A stretch of DNA of 64,000 nt from Raja brachyura (lineage: Eukaryota), in contig OY740810.1 in assembly GCA_963514005.1 (NCBI GenBank), forward strand, positions 14,570,001 to 14,634,000, in the 5' to 3' direction. The notes under the pieces were generated by a model. The model was not told the origin of the DNA, made no database searches, and was given only the letters and a program-made list of their open reading frames with translations. A program made the position numbers and the translations under genes. Of this stretch, positions 54,801 through 63,446 are shown one piece after another. The stretch's first letter is position 1. The number at the start of each line of letters is the position of its first letter.

Positions 54801-57747
54801 CCAGCAGCCCTATGTATGACTTTATTCTGTATTGATACAACAAGACTGGTTCAAATCAGTTTGAGGTTGCAGATTGAGCACGCAAGTAGCAGCAGTAACA
54901 GTTTGAGGAACTTCTGCCCCAGCATCTTATTGCCAAAGAACATATGAGAAGTTGATGAGAAGGATTTCAAAATATGTTTTTATTAATTTAGTTGTTCATT
55001 CATCTACTTCACAGTTCAGCAAATATACAGGATACCAGGGTGTATGCAAACTGCACATTTGGAAATGACTCTGATCCTCGGGAAGTTAACAAGGTTACTG
55101 CATACGGTGTGTTCAAAGAAATGACAAATGGCATCACATCTTTGGAAACGTATTCATTGGACAGTAACAGTCTCTACGTGAATGGTATTTATGTTTAAAT
55201 AAATATTCTGTTCTTTTCCATTTATTTTGGCAACAATTGATCTTTTTTTAAATAGAGGCAACAAATTTTATCTCATGACAGCTTTCCATTTAATTTTCGT
55301 TAAAAAATTCACAATTTCCAATTTTTACAGGTTACACTGAAGGATCTTTTCCAGAGAGTGAGTATGGTTGCTGCAGATTTTTTCCAATTATGAAACATGT
55401 AGTATACTTTGAAATGCAACTCTTTCATTGGTGAGTGTAAGTTTATGTTCATGAGGATAAGTGCTCATGGGGGCTCATGTAGAAAGTTAAAATGCATGGC
55501 AACTAAATGACCTGAATTTTAAAAGTAATGAAAGTCAATTTTTTTTACTTTATTCGGGAAAATTGCCTTTTTATCACATGCACCAAGGGAACAAATTGAA
55601 CAACTGATATCCAATTTTGTCAAGATAAAATTTTACAAGATGAGTCTTTAGTTCGGAGGTTCACAGGAAAAAAAAAAAATTTAGAGTTGTGAAATTGGAG
55701 AATTTTTTTTAAGTGTTATTTCAATCCATTGCATTCCTATACAATGGTTTATTCTTTCCCTGCAGCTGAACCGAAAGAATCAAGGCGCTTGAATTTTAAT
55801 GTCACATTTACTATAGCAAATATACCAAATGCCAATACTCCAAACAACATTATCAAATTGGTAAGTGTAAAATGAATTTTGAATGATATAAATCAGCATG
55901 CTGTGTTTCTTTGTCTAAAATATTTCCCTTTTTGCATTTGGTAGCTTAACGACTTATACCGCCAAAGCAATCTAAAAGAAGCATTCTTAAACTGTCACAG
56001 CATAAGTTTCAGGTAAGATATTTGTGCAAACTCTTCATTACAGTAAGTAATGTGTTTAAAAGGAAAGCAGAAAATGCCAGCACAGTTAAAAGGTCATTCA
56101 GTATCTGTGGAAAGAACTGTGTATGTAGTTCATGGGCCTCGTATTCGGGGGAAAGGTTTAAGATAGTATCAGAAAAATATTTTTAGATCAAAACATTCGT
56201 GCTTCCTACCACAGAAATTATTTTTCAAATTGATAGGTAACGAGGAAAATATCAGTAAAAATTGCTGTTGACACACTATTTTTCCACTCATTGAATTACG
56301 TTGCATTTTAATTTTTGCTCTAATTTACTTCCCCTGTTCCCTGATGGGAGGCCATTTGATACTTTATATCATCGAGAATAAAATATCAAATATCCTTAGA
56401 CCATTCCAAAACACTAGTGCCACAATTCACATTGCCATTTCAGCATTATAGGGTATTATAACAAAGCTTATCTATTATTTTAGAAAATATATATTCAATT
56501 ACATATTAAAAATATTAATATTGCAGTGAAAATACATCACTATCACATTTTGCAATGATTTTCACTAATTGCATTCTGCTTTTTTCCACAGTCCCAGAGC
56601 CACAGAGGCTTCTCGAATTGAAGTAATTTGTTCTTTCAAAAATGATTTAACTATTGATGAAGTTTCTGTCTACAATGAATTCAGGGATAACACTGGGAAA
56701 ATCACTGAACTGGGACAATTTTCATTGAACGAAAGTAGCCTCTATGTAAATGGTACGCATTAGTCAAATTAATTAATAGAATAAATTATAGAGAGAGTCA
56801 TTATTTAAGTGATTTAGTTCGGACACAAATAGCTTTAATGATATAAATGATTCAAATGATTCAAGCTCCAATTCCCACGATATGACAAAGAAAACACAAA
56901 GAGCTAGGGCTTTTTGCATCTTCGCTCTAAGTATACACAAATATTTTTTTCAGGGTAATTGCGATCCAGATCATGGTAGCTTGGAGAAGAAAGAGTTTAC
57001 AGTAAACTCTTCCAAGGAAATGAAAAAAAGGATTGTTATTAATTTCAGCAAAAAAAAGAAATCTAAATCTAGTAGTAATCTTGAAGTTTGTGTGATTACA
57101 TTGAACATAGAACATTGTTCAGCATAGGCAGGCTCTTCAGCCCACAATGTCTGTGTCAAACATAATGCCAAGATAAACTAATCTCCTCTGCCCGCACATC
57201 ATCCATATTCCTCTATTTCATGCATTTCTGCGAGTAGTTGATATTTATTTATAGTCTCTCTGTAGCCACTGACAATGTTTTAACATTTCATATCTTAATT
57301 TTAGGTTATCAAGAAGTGAAGCCAAATGCAGAATCTGGACTTGCAGGCAGAGAAAATGACTTGTCATTTGAACTTAATTTCACAATAATAAACAGAAATT
57401 TTACTGAAGCACTTAATGATCCAAATTCCCCTGAATATAAAAGCCTAGTTGCCGATATTGCTACAATGGTAAGGACCAGCTCTCTGCGTGAAATTATTGA
57501 CCACATGATCAGATGTATGAATTAATTTTGAATTGGTTTTATTAATTACTGTCACTCATTTTACATGATGTACTATTGTTGCAAAAAATCTGCATTATGA
57601 ATCTGTTCTGACATTTTCTATAAAATGTAATTTATCTTTAGAAACTTGTGCAATCAATACTAAATTTTGTATTTTGCAGCTCACAGCATTGTACCAAAAC
57701 AGCTTGCTTAAAGACAATTACCGCATCTGTCAAGTTACAGGACTGAA
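531..57747 (+). CDS. MUC16: Internal part of a MUC16/CA125-like tandem-SEA-domain mucin gene (95 exons in window, both ends outside window)
   Basis: Exons joined at GT-AG sites give one open frame. The module ...DFNVTFVATNL...DPNSALF...|LNQLFRSSNVNKTFSSCRVLSF|S PSAVQGTRVHANCTF...GITTLGPYSLDSNSLYVN|GYNE resembles recalled human MUC16 SEA motifs (LNFTITNL, LNQLFRNSS..CQV, GITELGPYTLDRNSLYVNG, two-Cys loop). Splice phases 1-0-2-1-1 are conserved in all modules. Confidence 0.85.
1274..1435 (+). mobile_element. Short LINE 3'-end fragment with degenerate (AAACTC)n tail, present in the D-A intron of every array-1 unit
   Basis: Ends ...cctcggtacacatgacaaagaactaaactccaacgcaaactc; absent from the homologous intron at ~33000; short catc/tcatc flanks. 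Family assignment from recall only. Confidence 0.6.
1635..3047 (+). CDS. MUC16: SEA module 1: A 1635-1789, B 1876-1943, C 2708-2877, D 3021-3047
   Basis: Canonical splice sites; 155+68+170+27=420 nt =140 aa, no stops. Confidence 0.85.
3813..5225 (+). CDS. MUC16: SEA module 2: A 3813-3967, B 4054-4121, C 4886-5055, D 5199-5225
   Basis: Near-identical to module 1, splice sites intact. Confidence 0.85.
5992..7404 (+). CDS. MUC16: SEA module 3: A 5992-6146, B 6233-6300, C 7065-7234, D 7378-7404
   Basis: Variant LQTN/TTAA/FKST, DYNE; splice sites intact. Confidence 0.85.
8169..9581 (+). CDS. MUC16: SEA module 4: A 8169-8323, B 8410-8477, C 9242-9411, D 9555-9581
   Basis: Variant LQTN/FNST, DYNE; splice sites intact. 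Confidence 0.85.
10347..11759 (+). CDS. MUC16: SEA module 5: A 10347-10501, B 10588-10655, C 11420-11589, D 11733-11759
   Basis: Same variant as modules 1/2; splice sites intact. Confidence 0.85.
12526..13937 (+). CDS. MUC16: SEA module 6: A 12526-12680, B 12767-12834, C 13599-13768, D 13911-13937
   Basis: Variant as module 3 (TTAA/FKST) plus NET and DIQ; splice sites intact. Confidence 0.85.
14704..15957 (+). CDS. MUC16: SEA module 7: A 14704-14858, B 14945-15012, C 15618-15787, D 15931-15957
   Basis: Splice sites intact; B-C intron 159 bp shorter. Confidence 0.85.
16725..18137 (+). CDS. MUC16: SEA module 8: A 16725-16879, B 16966-17033, C 17798-17967, D 18111-18137
   Basis: Subfamily-2 variant (NLASAA, FNSAAN, NET). 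Confidence 0.85.
18905..20317 (+). CDS. MUC16: SEA module 9: A 18905-19059, B 19146-19213, C 19978-20147, D 20291-20317
   Basis: Subfamily 2; splice sites intact. Confidence 0.85.
21079..22491 (+). CDS. MUC16: SEA module 10: A 21079-21233, B 21320-21387, C 22152-22321, D 22465-22491
   Basis: Subfamily 2; splice sites intact. Confidence 0.85.
23253..24665 (+). CDS. MUC16: SEA module 11: A 23253-23407, B 23494-23561, C 24326-24495, D 24639-24665
   Basis: Subfamily 2; splice sites intact. Confidence 0.85.
25427..26839 (+). CDS. MUC16: SEA module 12: A 25427-25581, B 25668-25735, C 26500-26669, D 26813-26839
   Basis: Subfamily 2; splice sites intact. Confidence 0.85.
27608..29025 (+). CDS. MUC16: SEA module 13: A 27608-27762, B 27849-27916, C 28681-28850, D 29002-29025 (24 nt)
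   Basis: Array edge: 3' half of C diverges (RELSNGITALG..DSDSL); D = GYHEPPTT. Confidence 0.85.
29475..32498 (+). CDS. MUC16: Divergent SEA module 14: A 29475-29635, B 29725-29792, C 31585-31754, D 32472-32498
   Basis: EPPIVPVTVKPVDEVKRKVFNVTFNVLTLPF...IIDE|LNNLFANSRVNSTFSRCQSVSF|R PASDGNTIVESICIF...SLFVN|GYHESAALT; same phases. Confidence 0.8.
30240..30498 (-). mobile_element. tRNA-derived V-SINE-like element
   Basis: Reverse complement has tRNA-like box A/B (gtggctcagtgg.., gggttcaatcc) followed by a V-domain-like ..ctctggtttcctcccacatgc. Confidence 0.65.
30639..31354 (+). mobile_element. 5'-truncated CR1 LINE (ORF2 C-terminus, 3' UTR, (TTTCTATG)2 tail)
   Basis: ORF 30681-31262: LVRPHLEYCVQFWSP...RRLRGDLIETYKI...FFTQRVVGLWNSLP, typical CR1 RT tail. 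Confidence 0.93.
31445..31501. repeat. Perfect 23-bp inverted repeat with 11-nt spacer
   Basis: tttctagcattaacaattgctat-N11-atagcaattgttaatgctagaaa. Confidence 0.9.
32025..32225 (+). mobile_element. Degenerate CR1 3' fragment
   Basis: aagactgagataaagaggaatttcctcacacagaagagttg (KTEIKRNFLTQK) resembles RTEMRRTFFTQR. Confidence 0.5.
33198..34698 (+). CDS. MUC16: SEA module 15: A 33198-33352, B 33439-33506, C 34363-34532, D 34672-34698
   Basis: Array-1-like: EFNVTFIATNLASVADLQDPNSALF|LNQLFSNSSINKTFSICRVLSF|PANMESTRVHANCTF. Confidence 0.82.
33529..33692. mobile_element. Penelope-like terminal-repeat remnant (inverted arms)
   Basis: tagacacggaatgctggaataact ... gagttactccagcattttgtgtcta form inverted arms; central ctgaagagaggtctcgacccaaag; inserted just after the exon B donor. 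Confidence 0.55.
35091..36381 (+). CDS. MUC16: SEA module 16: A 35091-35224, B 35310-35377, C 36038-36207, D 36349-36381 (33 nt)
   Basis: Canonical sites, frame preserved (134+68+170+33). Confidence 0.82.
35520..35820. mobile_element. Older remnant related to the 33529 element
   Basis: tctgaggaagg...catttcccttcagagatacagcctgaccc...ccagcatctgtggttc parallels 33600-33690. Confidence 0.4.
36555..36662 (+). pseudogene. Truncated orphan exon A (acceptor intact, donor and exons B-D missing)
   Basis: ttaacag|CGGTGCCA... encodes VPPIQTTNPFDFNVTFVITNLASTENLQDPNCPLY, then runs into an antisense CR1 fragment. Confidence 0.75.
36663..36910 (-). mobile_element. CR1 3' fragment abutting orphan exon A
   Basis: Minus-strand translation RGNFFKQRVYIWKKLVEEVVKANIIITFERHLDRHMDRKYG. 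Confidence 0.75.
37177..39716 (+). CDS. MUC16: SEA module 17: A 37177-37313, B 37401-37468, C 39404-39573, D 39690-39716
   Basis: Array-2 type, 402 nt =134 aa: MPPPQTSNPFDFNVTFTVTNL..|LDTLFNASQLNKTFSSCKVLSF|PENIQDTRVYANCTF..|GYNEPTAPT. Confidence 0.83.
38154..38232 (+). pseudogene. Decayed 5' half of an exon C; copies at ~41507, ~44876, ~48245, 51614, 54163
   Basis: KGTRVVSNNAFGKSFDALNINR aligns without gaps to QGTRVHANCTFTNDSDPQDVNR; no AG at the expected acceptor; cut by CR1 3' end. Confidence 0.65.
38228..39148 (-). mobile_element. CR1 fragment in B-C intron (variant X)
   Basis: ORF 38301-38687 FTRLIPGMAGL...FTQRVVSLWNSLPQ; CR1 3' UTR. Confidence 0.92.
40530..43085 (+). CDS. MUC16: SEA module 18: A 40530-40666, B 40754-40821, C 42773-42942, D 43059-43085
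   Basis: Array-2 type; splice sites intact. Confidence 0.83.
41571..42514 (-). mobile_element. CR1 fragment co-duplicated with array 2 (variant Y)
   Basis: ORF 41785-41997 RLGLYSLEFRRMRGGLIETYKII. Confidence 0.92.
43899..46454 (+). CDS. MUC16: SEA module 19: A 43899-44035, B 44123-44190, C 46142-46311, D 46428-46454
   Basis: +3369 bp copy of module 18. Confidence 0.83.
44940..45883 (-). mobile_element. CR1 fragment co-duplicated with array 2 (variant Y)
   Basis: +3369 copy, ORF 45154-45366. Confidence 0.92.
47268..49823 (+). CDS. MUC16: SEA module 20: A 47268-47404, B 47492-47559, C 49511-49680, D 49797-49823
   Basis: +3369 bp copy of module 19. Confidence 0.83.
48309..49252 (-). mobile_element. 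CR1 fragment co-duplicated with array 2 (variant Y)
   Basis: +3369 copy, ORF 48523-48735. Confidence 0.92.
50637..53184 (+). CDS. MUC16: SEA module 21: A 50637-50773, B 50861-50928, C 52868-53037, D 53158-53184
   Basis: Array-2 type with a few substitutions (SKPF, NSQL, PKNI, GYNELTAST). Confidence 0.83.
51688..52610 (-). mobile_element. CR1 fragment in B-C intron (variant X)
   Basis: ORFs 51761-52177 and 52193-52507 (MQFNVHKCEVVHFG...RDLGVLVH). Confidence 0.92.
53783..55357 (+). CDS. MUC16: SEA module 22: A 53783-53919, B 54007-54074, C 55015-55184, D 55331-55357
   Basis: MAPIPTINPFDFNVTFTITNL..|LDTLFNASQLNKMFSSCKVISF|SANIQDTRVYANCTFGNDSD..|GYTEGSFPE. Confidence 0.82.
55766..56752 (+). 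CDS. MUC16: Divergent shortened SEA module 23: A 55766-55860, B 55945-56012, C 56592-56752
   Basis: EPKESRRLNFNVTFTIANIPNANTPNNIIKL|LNDLYRQSNLKEAFLNCHSISF|S PRATEASRIEVICSF...ITELGQFSLNESSLYVN; canonical sites, phases kept. Confidence 0.8.
57102..57225 (-). mobile_element. Short CR1-type 3'-end remnant
   Basis: gaacatagaacattgttcagcataggcaggctcttcagcccacaatg: reverse of a microsatellite-tailed CR1 3' end. Confidence 0.45.
57305..57747 (+). CDS. MUC16: SEA module 24 (partial): fused D+A exon 57305-57468, B 57680-57747; next exon not found in window
   Basis: GYQEVKPN...SFELNFTIINRNFTEALNDPNSPEYKSLVADIATM|LTALYQNSLLKDNYRICQVTGLK. Confidence 0.8.
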
Positions 57748-59124
57748 GTAAGAGGATTTCTTCCGCATTTTAAATATTTTTTAAATAAAAGAAAAATATT
57801 ACCTATTATTGACTCAGCTCAATAACAGCATCCAAAACTATTTTGTGAATTAAATATATCAATACAATTTTTTAATTGGGGCTTGAGCTAAATTTAACCA
57901 TAAAATATAACTGTTCTATTTCCATAAATCACTAGAATCTGCTTCAGTTCAAGTAAATGTTGCTTGGCGTTTGATAACCATTGAGCCATAGTCATAGATA
58001 TACAGCTTAGAAACATTCCCCTCAGCCCAACTTGCCCATGCCGACCAAGATCCCCCATCAACCACCTGATTCCAAGTTTAGTGCTAAACAATGGCGATTT
58101 AATGCTACTTTGCTTCAAGATTTGAATGTTGTTAAATTTATTAAAGATCGGATTGCTTTCATCTTCGTAACACTGAAGAAATATCCAATGGTTAGTCTGG
58201 GATGCTTTTAAGGCATATATTCGTGGACAAATTATTTCATACTGCGCGGGATTAAAAAAACAAACTCAAAAAGAAATACGTATATTGGCTGATGAGATTA
58301 AAGAAATTGATTACAAAATATTCAAAAGCTCCTAGTTTAGAGCTCTATAAGAATATAGTTCAACTTCAATCGAGATATGATTTGTTATTAGTATCACCAA
58401 TTGAGAACCGGCTACTTAAAACCAAAAGTCAATTTTATATACATGGCGAAAAATCTGGTAAATTACTCACTAATCAGTTGAAAGCGGTGTCGGCCAAACA
58501 TCAGATTACTAAAGTGAGTAAATGGGATGGTACACTATCTGTAGACCATTATGAAATTAATAAATCCTTTCAGAAATGTTATACCTCCCTATACCAATCA
58601 GAATTTCCTACTGATTCCAATATAATGCATGAGTTTTTAAAGAAACTGAACTTGCAAAATTTACCACATAATGAGTCTCTGGTGTTAGATGAACCGATCA
58701 TGGAGGAAGAAATACAGAAAGCAATCCTTTCAATTAATTCCGGTAAAGCTCCTGGTTTAGATGGGTTTACAGTAGAATTTTTAAAGTATTTTTCAAGTTT
58801 ATTGTCTCCCTGGCTATGCAAGGTTGTTAAAGAAGCCTTTTTAATGAATAGATTACCACAATCTTTTTGTGTCTATTTATTTAATTCTTAAAAAAGATAA
58901 AGACCCTCACATAGACCTATATCACTGTTAAATGTAGATTCCAAAATTCTTTCCAAAATATTAGCTATGAGATTTGAAAATATTTTACCACAAATTATTT
59001 CTGAAGGTCAGACAGGTTTTATTAAAAATCGTTACTCATACTTTAACGTTATGAGATTAATGAATATTGTATATACAGCGTCAAATAAAACCTCAGAATG
59101 TGTCATTTCACTTGATGCCGAGAA

Positions 59125-62100
59125 GTAAATCTCCTCTACTCTCTCTATTTTGTTGACATCCTTCCTATAATTAGGCGACCAAAATTGTACACCATACTCC
59201 AGAATTGGTCTTACCAATGCCTTGTACAATTTTAAAATTATTTCCATACTCCTATATTCAATGCTCTAATTTATAAAGGCCAGCACACCAAAAGCTTTCT
59301 TTACCACCCTATCTACATGCGATTCCACCTTCAGGGAACTATGCACAGTTATTCCTAGATCCCTCTGTTCCACAGCATTCCTCAATTCCCTACCATTTAC
59401 CATGTACGTTCTATTTTGATTTGTCCTGCCAAGATGTAGCACCTCACACTTATCAGCATTAAACTCCATCTGCAATTTTTCAGCCCACTCTTCCAAATGG
59501 CCCAAATCTCTCTGTAGACTTTGAAAATCTACTTCATTATCCACAGCACCTCCTATCTTAGTATCATCTGCATACTTACTTATCCAATTTTCCACCCCAT
59601 CATCTAGATCATTGATGTACATGACAAACAACAGTGGACTCAACACAGATCCCTGAGGCACCCCACTGGTCACCGGCTTCCAACCTGACAAACAGCCATC
59701 CACCATTCCTCTCTGGCATCTCCCATTCAGCCACTGTTGAATCCATCTTGCTACTCTGCCATTAACACCCAAAGATTGAACCTTCTTAACCAACCTTCCA
59801 TGGGGAACCTTGTCAAAGGCCTTACTGAAATCCATATAGACAACATCCACTGCTTTACCCTCATCAATTTCCCTAGTAACCTCTTCAAAAAATTCAAGAA
59901 GGTTTGTCAAACATGACCTTCCAGGCACAAATCCATGTTGACTGTTCTTGATCAGACCCTGTTTATCCACACGCTTATATATATTATCTCTAAGTAGCCT
60001 TTCCATTAATTTGCCCACCACTGACGTCAAACTAACAGGTCTATAATTGCTAGGTTTATTCTTTGAACCCTTTTTAAACAATGGAACAACATGCGCAGTA
60101 CGCCAATCCTCCGTACTATTCCCGTTTCTAATGACATTTGAAATATTTCTGCCATAGCCCCTGCTATTTCTACACTAACTTCCCTCAATGTCCTAGGGAA
60201 TATCCTGTCAGGACCTGGAGACTTATCCCCTTTTATATTTTTCAAAAGTGTCAGTACTTCCTCCTCTTTGAATCTCATAGTTTCCATAGCTACTCTACTT
60301 TTTTCCCTTACCTCACAGAGTTCAATATCCTTCTCCTTGGTGAATACCGAAGAAAATAAATTGTTCAATATCTCCCCCATCTCTTTTGGCTCTGCAGATA
60401 GCTGTCCATTCTGACTCTCTAATGGTCCAATTTTATCCCTTGTTATCCTTTTGCTATTAATATAGCTGTAGAAACCCTTTGGATTTACTTTCACCTTTCT
60501 TGCCAAAGCAACCTCATATCTTCTTTTAACTTTTCTTATTTATTTCTTAAGATTATTTTTACATTCTTTATACACATCTAGCACCTCATTTACTCCATGC
60601 CTCCTATAATTATTGTAGATATCTCTCTTTTTTCGAACCAAATGTCCAATTTCCCTTGAAAACCATGGCTCTTTCCAATTTTTATTATTTCCTTTCTACT
60701 GAACAGGGACATAAAGATTCCGTACTCTTTAATTTCCCCTTCAAATGTCCTCCATTTCTCTTCTACATCCTTCCCATAAAACAAAATGTCCCAATTCACT
60801 CCTTTTAAATCATTACGCATTCCCTCAAAGTTAGCCTTTCTCCAATTAAAAATCTCAACCCTAAGTCCAGTTCTGACTCTCTCCATAATTATATTGAAAC
60901 TAATGGTATTGTGATCACTGGTCCCGAAGTGCTCACCTCCGTCACCTGACCTGCCTCATTTCCTAACAGGAGGCCCAGCACTGCCCCTTCTCTGGTCGAT
61001 ACCTCTATGTATTGCTGCAAAAAACTATCCCGCACACATTTAACAAACTCCAAACCATCCAGCCCAATTACCGAATGTGTTTCCCAGTCTATTTTTGGAA
61101 AATTGAAATCTCCCACAATCACTACCTTGTGCTTACTACTAATATCTGCTATCTCCTTACATATTAGCTCTTCCAATTCTCGCTCCCCATTTGGCAGTCT
61201 ATAATACACCCCTAAAAGTGTTGCTACACCGTTCCCACTTCTCAGTTCCACCCAAATAGCCTCCCTAGAGGAGCCCTCTAATCTATCCTGCCAAAGCACT
61301 GCTGTAGTATCTTCTCTGACAAGCAATGCAACCCCTCCACCTCTAGTCCCTCCAATTCTATCACACCTGAAGCAACGAAATCCTGGCATATTTAGTTTCC
61401 AATCACAACCCTCCCGCAACCATGTTTCACTGATTGCCACAACATCATATTTCCAGGTGTCAATCCAGGCTCTAAGTTCATCCACCTTTCTTACAATGCT
61501 CCTAGCATTAAAATATACACATTTTAGAAACCCACCATCCCTTATTCTCTGTTTATTATCTTTTTTCTCTTTCTCGCCTACATTTTGGGTCCGAGTGCTT
61601 CCCTTCTCTGCCTCTTGCCCCTCACCCCGTCCCCTAGCCCCCTCTACATGAGTCCCTCCCCCCAGCCTTTCTAGTTTAAAGTCTCCTTTGCAAATCTCCC
61701 CGCCAGGATATTGGTTCCCCTCGGGTTCAAGTGCAACCCGTCCTTTTTATTCAGATCATGCCTTCCCCAAAAGAGGTCCCAGTGATCAAAAAACTTGAAT
61801 CCCTGCCCACTGCACCAGTCCCTCAGCCACGCACTTATCCTCCACCTCATTCCATTTCTACTCTCACTGTCACGTGCAGAGGCAGTAATCCTGAAATTGT
61901 TACTCTTTTGGTCCTTCTCCTTAACTTTCCCCCCAACTCCCTAAATTCTCCTTTCAGGACCTCTTCTCTTTTTCTGCCTATGTCATTGGTACCAATGTGT
62001 ACCACAACATCAGGCTACTCTCCCTCCCTTTTCAGAATATTTTCGACACGTTCCGACACATCCGAGACCCTGGCACCAAGGAGGCAAACTACCATCCGGG

Positions 62101-62717
62101 TCTCCCGACTGCGTCCACAGAATCGCCAATCTGACCCCCTAACTATGGAGTTCCCTATTACAATTGCCCTCCTCTTTTTGCTACCCTTCTGAGCATCAGA
62201 GCCGTTCTCTGTGCCAGAGGCCCGGCCGCTGTTGCTGCCCCCAGGAAGGCTGTCCGCTCAAATCGAACTCAAACATGAGTACCTATTTTCCAGGTGTACA
62301 GCCACCGGGGTACTCTCTAGTCTCTGCCTCTGCCCCTTGCCCTTCCTAACAGTGACCCACTTGTCTGCCTCCCGTGGTCTGGGAGGGACCACCTCCCTGT
62401 AACTCCTCTCTATGACCTCCTCACTCTCCCTGACCAGACGGAGGTCCTCGAGCTGTTGCTCCAGGTTCCTAACACAGTCCTCTAGGAGCCCCATCTCGAC
62501 ACACCTGGCGCAGATGTGGACGTCTGGTGGGCTATCAGCTTCCCACATCTGACATCCGCAACAATACACTGCCCTGGCCTTCATACTTGCCCCTTACACT
62601 GGATACAATATCAACATAAAATACACTACAAACTGCTGGAATCTGACGGCCAATCAGCTGCTTACCCTAGTCCCCTTCCCACCAATCAGCGGCTTCCACA
62701 AAAAAAAAAAAAAAAAA
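59125..62717 (-). mobile_element. CR1 LINE with intact 5' end (ORF1 zinc finger/coiled coil + SGNH esterase; ORF2 APE + RT), frameshifted and missing its 3' end
   Basis: 62584-62258 CxxC..CxxC plus heptads; esterase-like IVIGNSIVRG/VVHIGTND; APE AISETW, IVGDFN (61485-60889); RT NYRPVSLTSVVGK, DFSKAFD, GVPQGS, YADD (60081-59266). Confidence 0.93.
62650..62686 (-). promoter_or_regulatory. Two CCAAT boxes in the CR1 5' UTR
   Basis: ggCCAATcagc (62650) and aCCAATcagc (62682), about 65-100 bp upstream of the ORF1 ATG at 62584. Confidence 0.4.
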
Positions 62718-63207
62718 TCCACTTCTCCAATGGAACGTTATGGATTTCGACAAGCCCCGCGCTGGATTTTTATCCTTACCGGTCGGGTGTTGCTCCTCCC
62801 CCTCCTTCTCTTCCAACGGCTCCTGTGGGCCTCACAGATCCGGATCCCTATGTATCAATATCAATGTTATGTTTATCATTATTCTTTTGTTTTTGTTTTG
62901 TTTTTGTTTTTCTTTTTGGGAAAGAAAAGCTAATAAAAAGATTTTAAAAGAAAGAAAAGATCCCCCATCAATCCAACTTGCCTGTGCCTGGTCCATAACC
63001 CTCTAAAGCTTTCACAATGATGTACCTAAACAAATGTCTTTTAAAGGTTGCCTTAACTACTTTCTCTGGCAAAAAATTGCCCCTTGGGTTTCAATTAAAT
63101 CTTTTGTACTCACCCCATTCCCTCTAGTTCTTGATTTCCCCATACTGGGAGAAAAAACGGTGCATTTGCCCTATCGATTTCCCTCATGCTGTTATATACC
63201 TCTATAA

Positions 63208-63446
63208 CAAGGGTTCCCAACCTGGGGTAAATTTGCCCCCGGAGGTAAATTTAGCCTAACCAGCGAGTAAATTTGTTGATTCTGGATTGGTACATATCTT
63301 TTCTCATTGTCTGACTGTTTGGTTCCGGTATACCGGTATATCGTTATATGTTCATCATTATTTGTTTATAAATAAGTGAAATAACATTGTTATGTGCTAT
63401 TAAAGTTGCTAGGGATAAACGGGTCGAGAAAGGTTGGGAACCCCTG
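63208..63446. mobile_element. 239-bp non-autonomous hAT (Charlie-like) DNA transposon
   Basis: TIRs caagggttcccaacct / aggttgggaacccctg (15/16 match); 8-bp TSD ctctataa / ctctatag. Confidence 0.85.

Larger units (their letters stand above)
58062..62956 (+). mobile_element. 5'-truncated L1-clade LINE (ORF2 fragment 58062-59124; 3' UTR/A-rich tail ~62850-62956) with 15-bp TSD
   Basis: WRFNATLL, WDAFKAYIRGQIISY, SGKAPGLDGFTVEF, RPISLLNVDSKILSK, QTGFIKNR, SLDAEK; aataaa and A-rich tail; AAGATCCCCCATCAA at 58047-58061 and 62957-62971. Confidence 0.88.

Noticed and set aside
56882-57127. Possible extra exon after tttttttcag (56953) / Lys-rich ORF
   Set aside because: In the required phase 1 it gives an immediate stop (G-GG TAA), has no SEA similarity, and exon 57305 continues the frame cleanly
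58292-61485. RT/endonuclease ORFs as host genes or an active element
   Set aside because: They are frameshifted, truncated L1-clade and CR1 fragments
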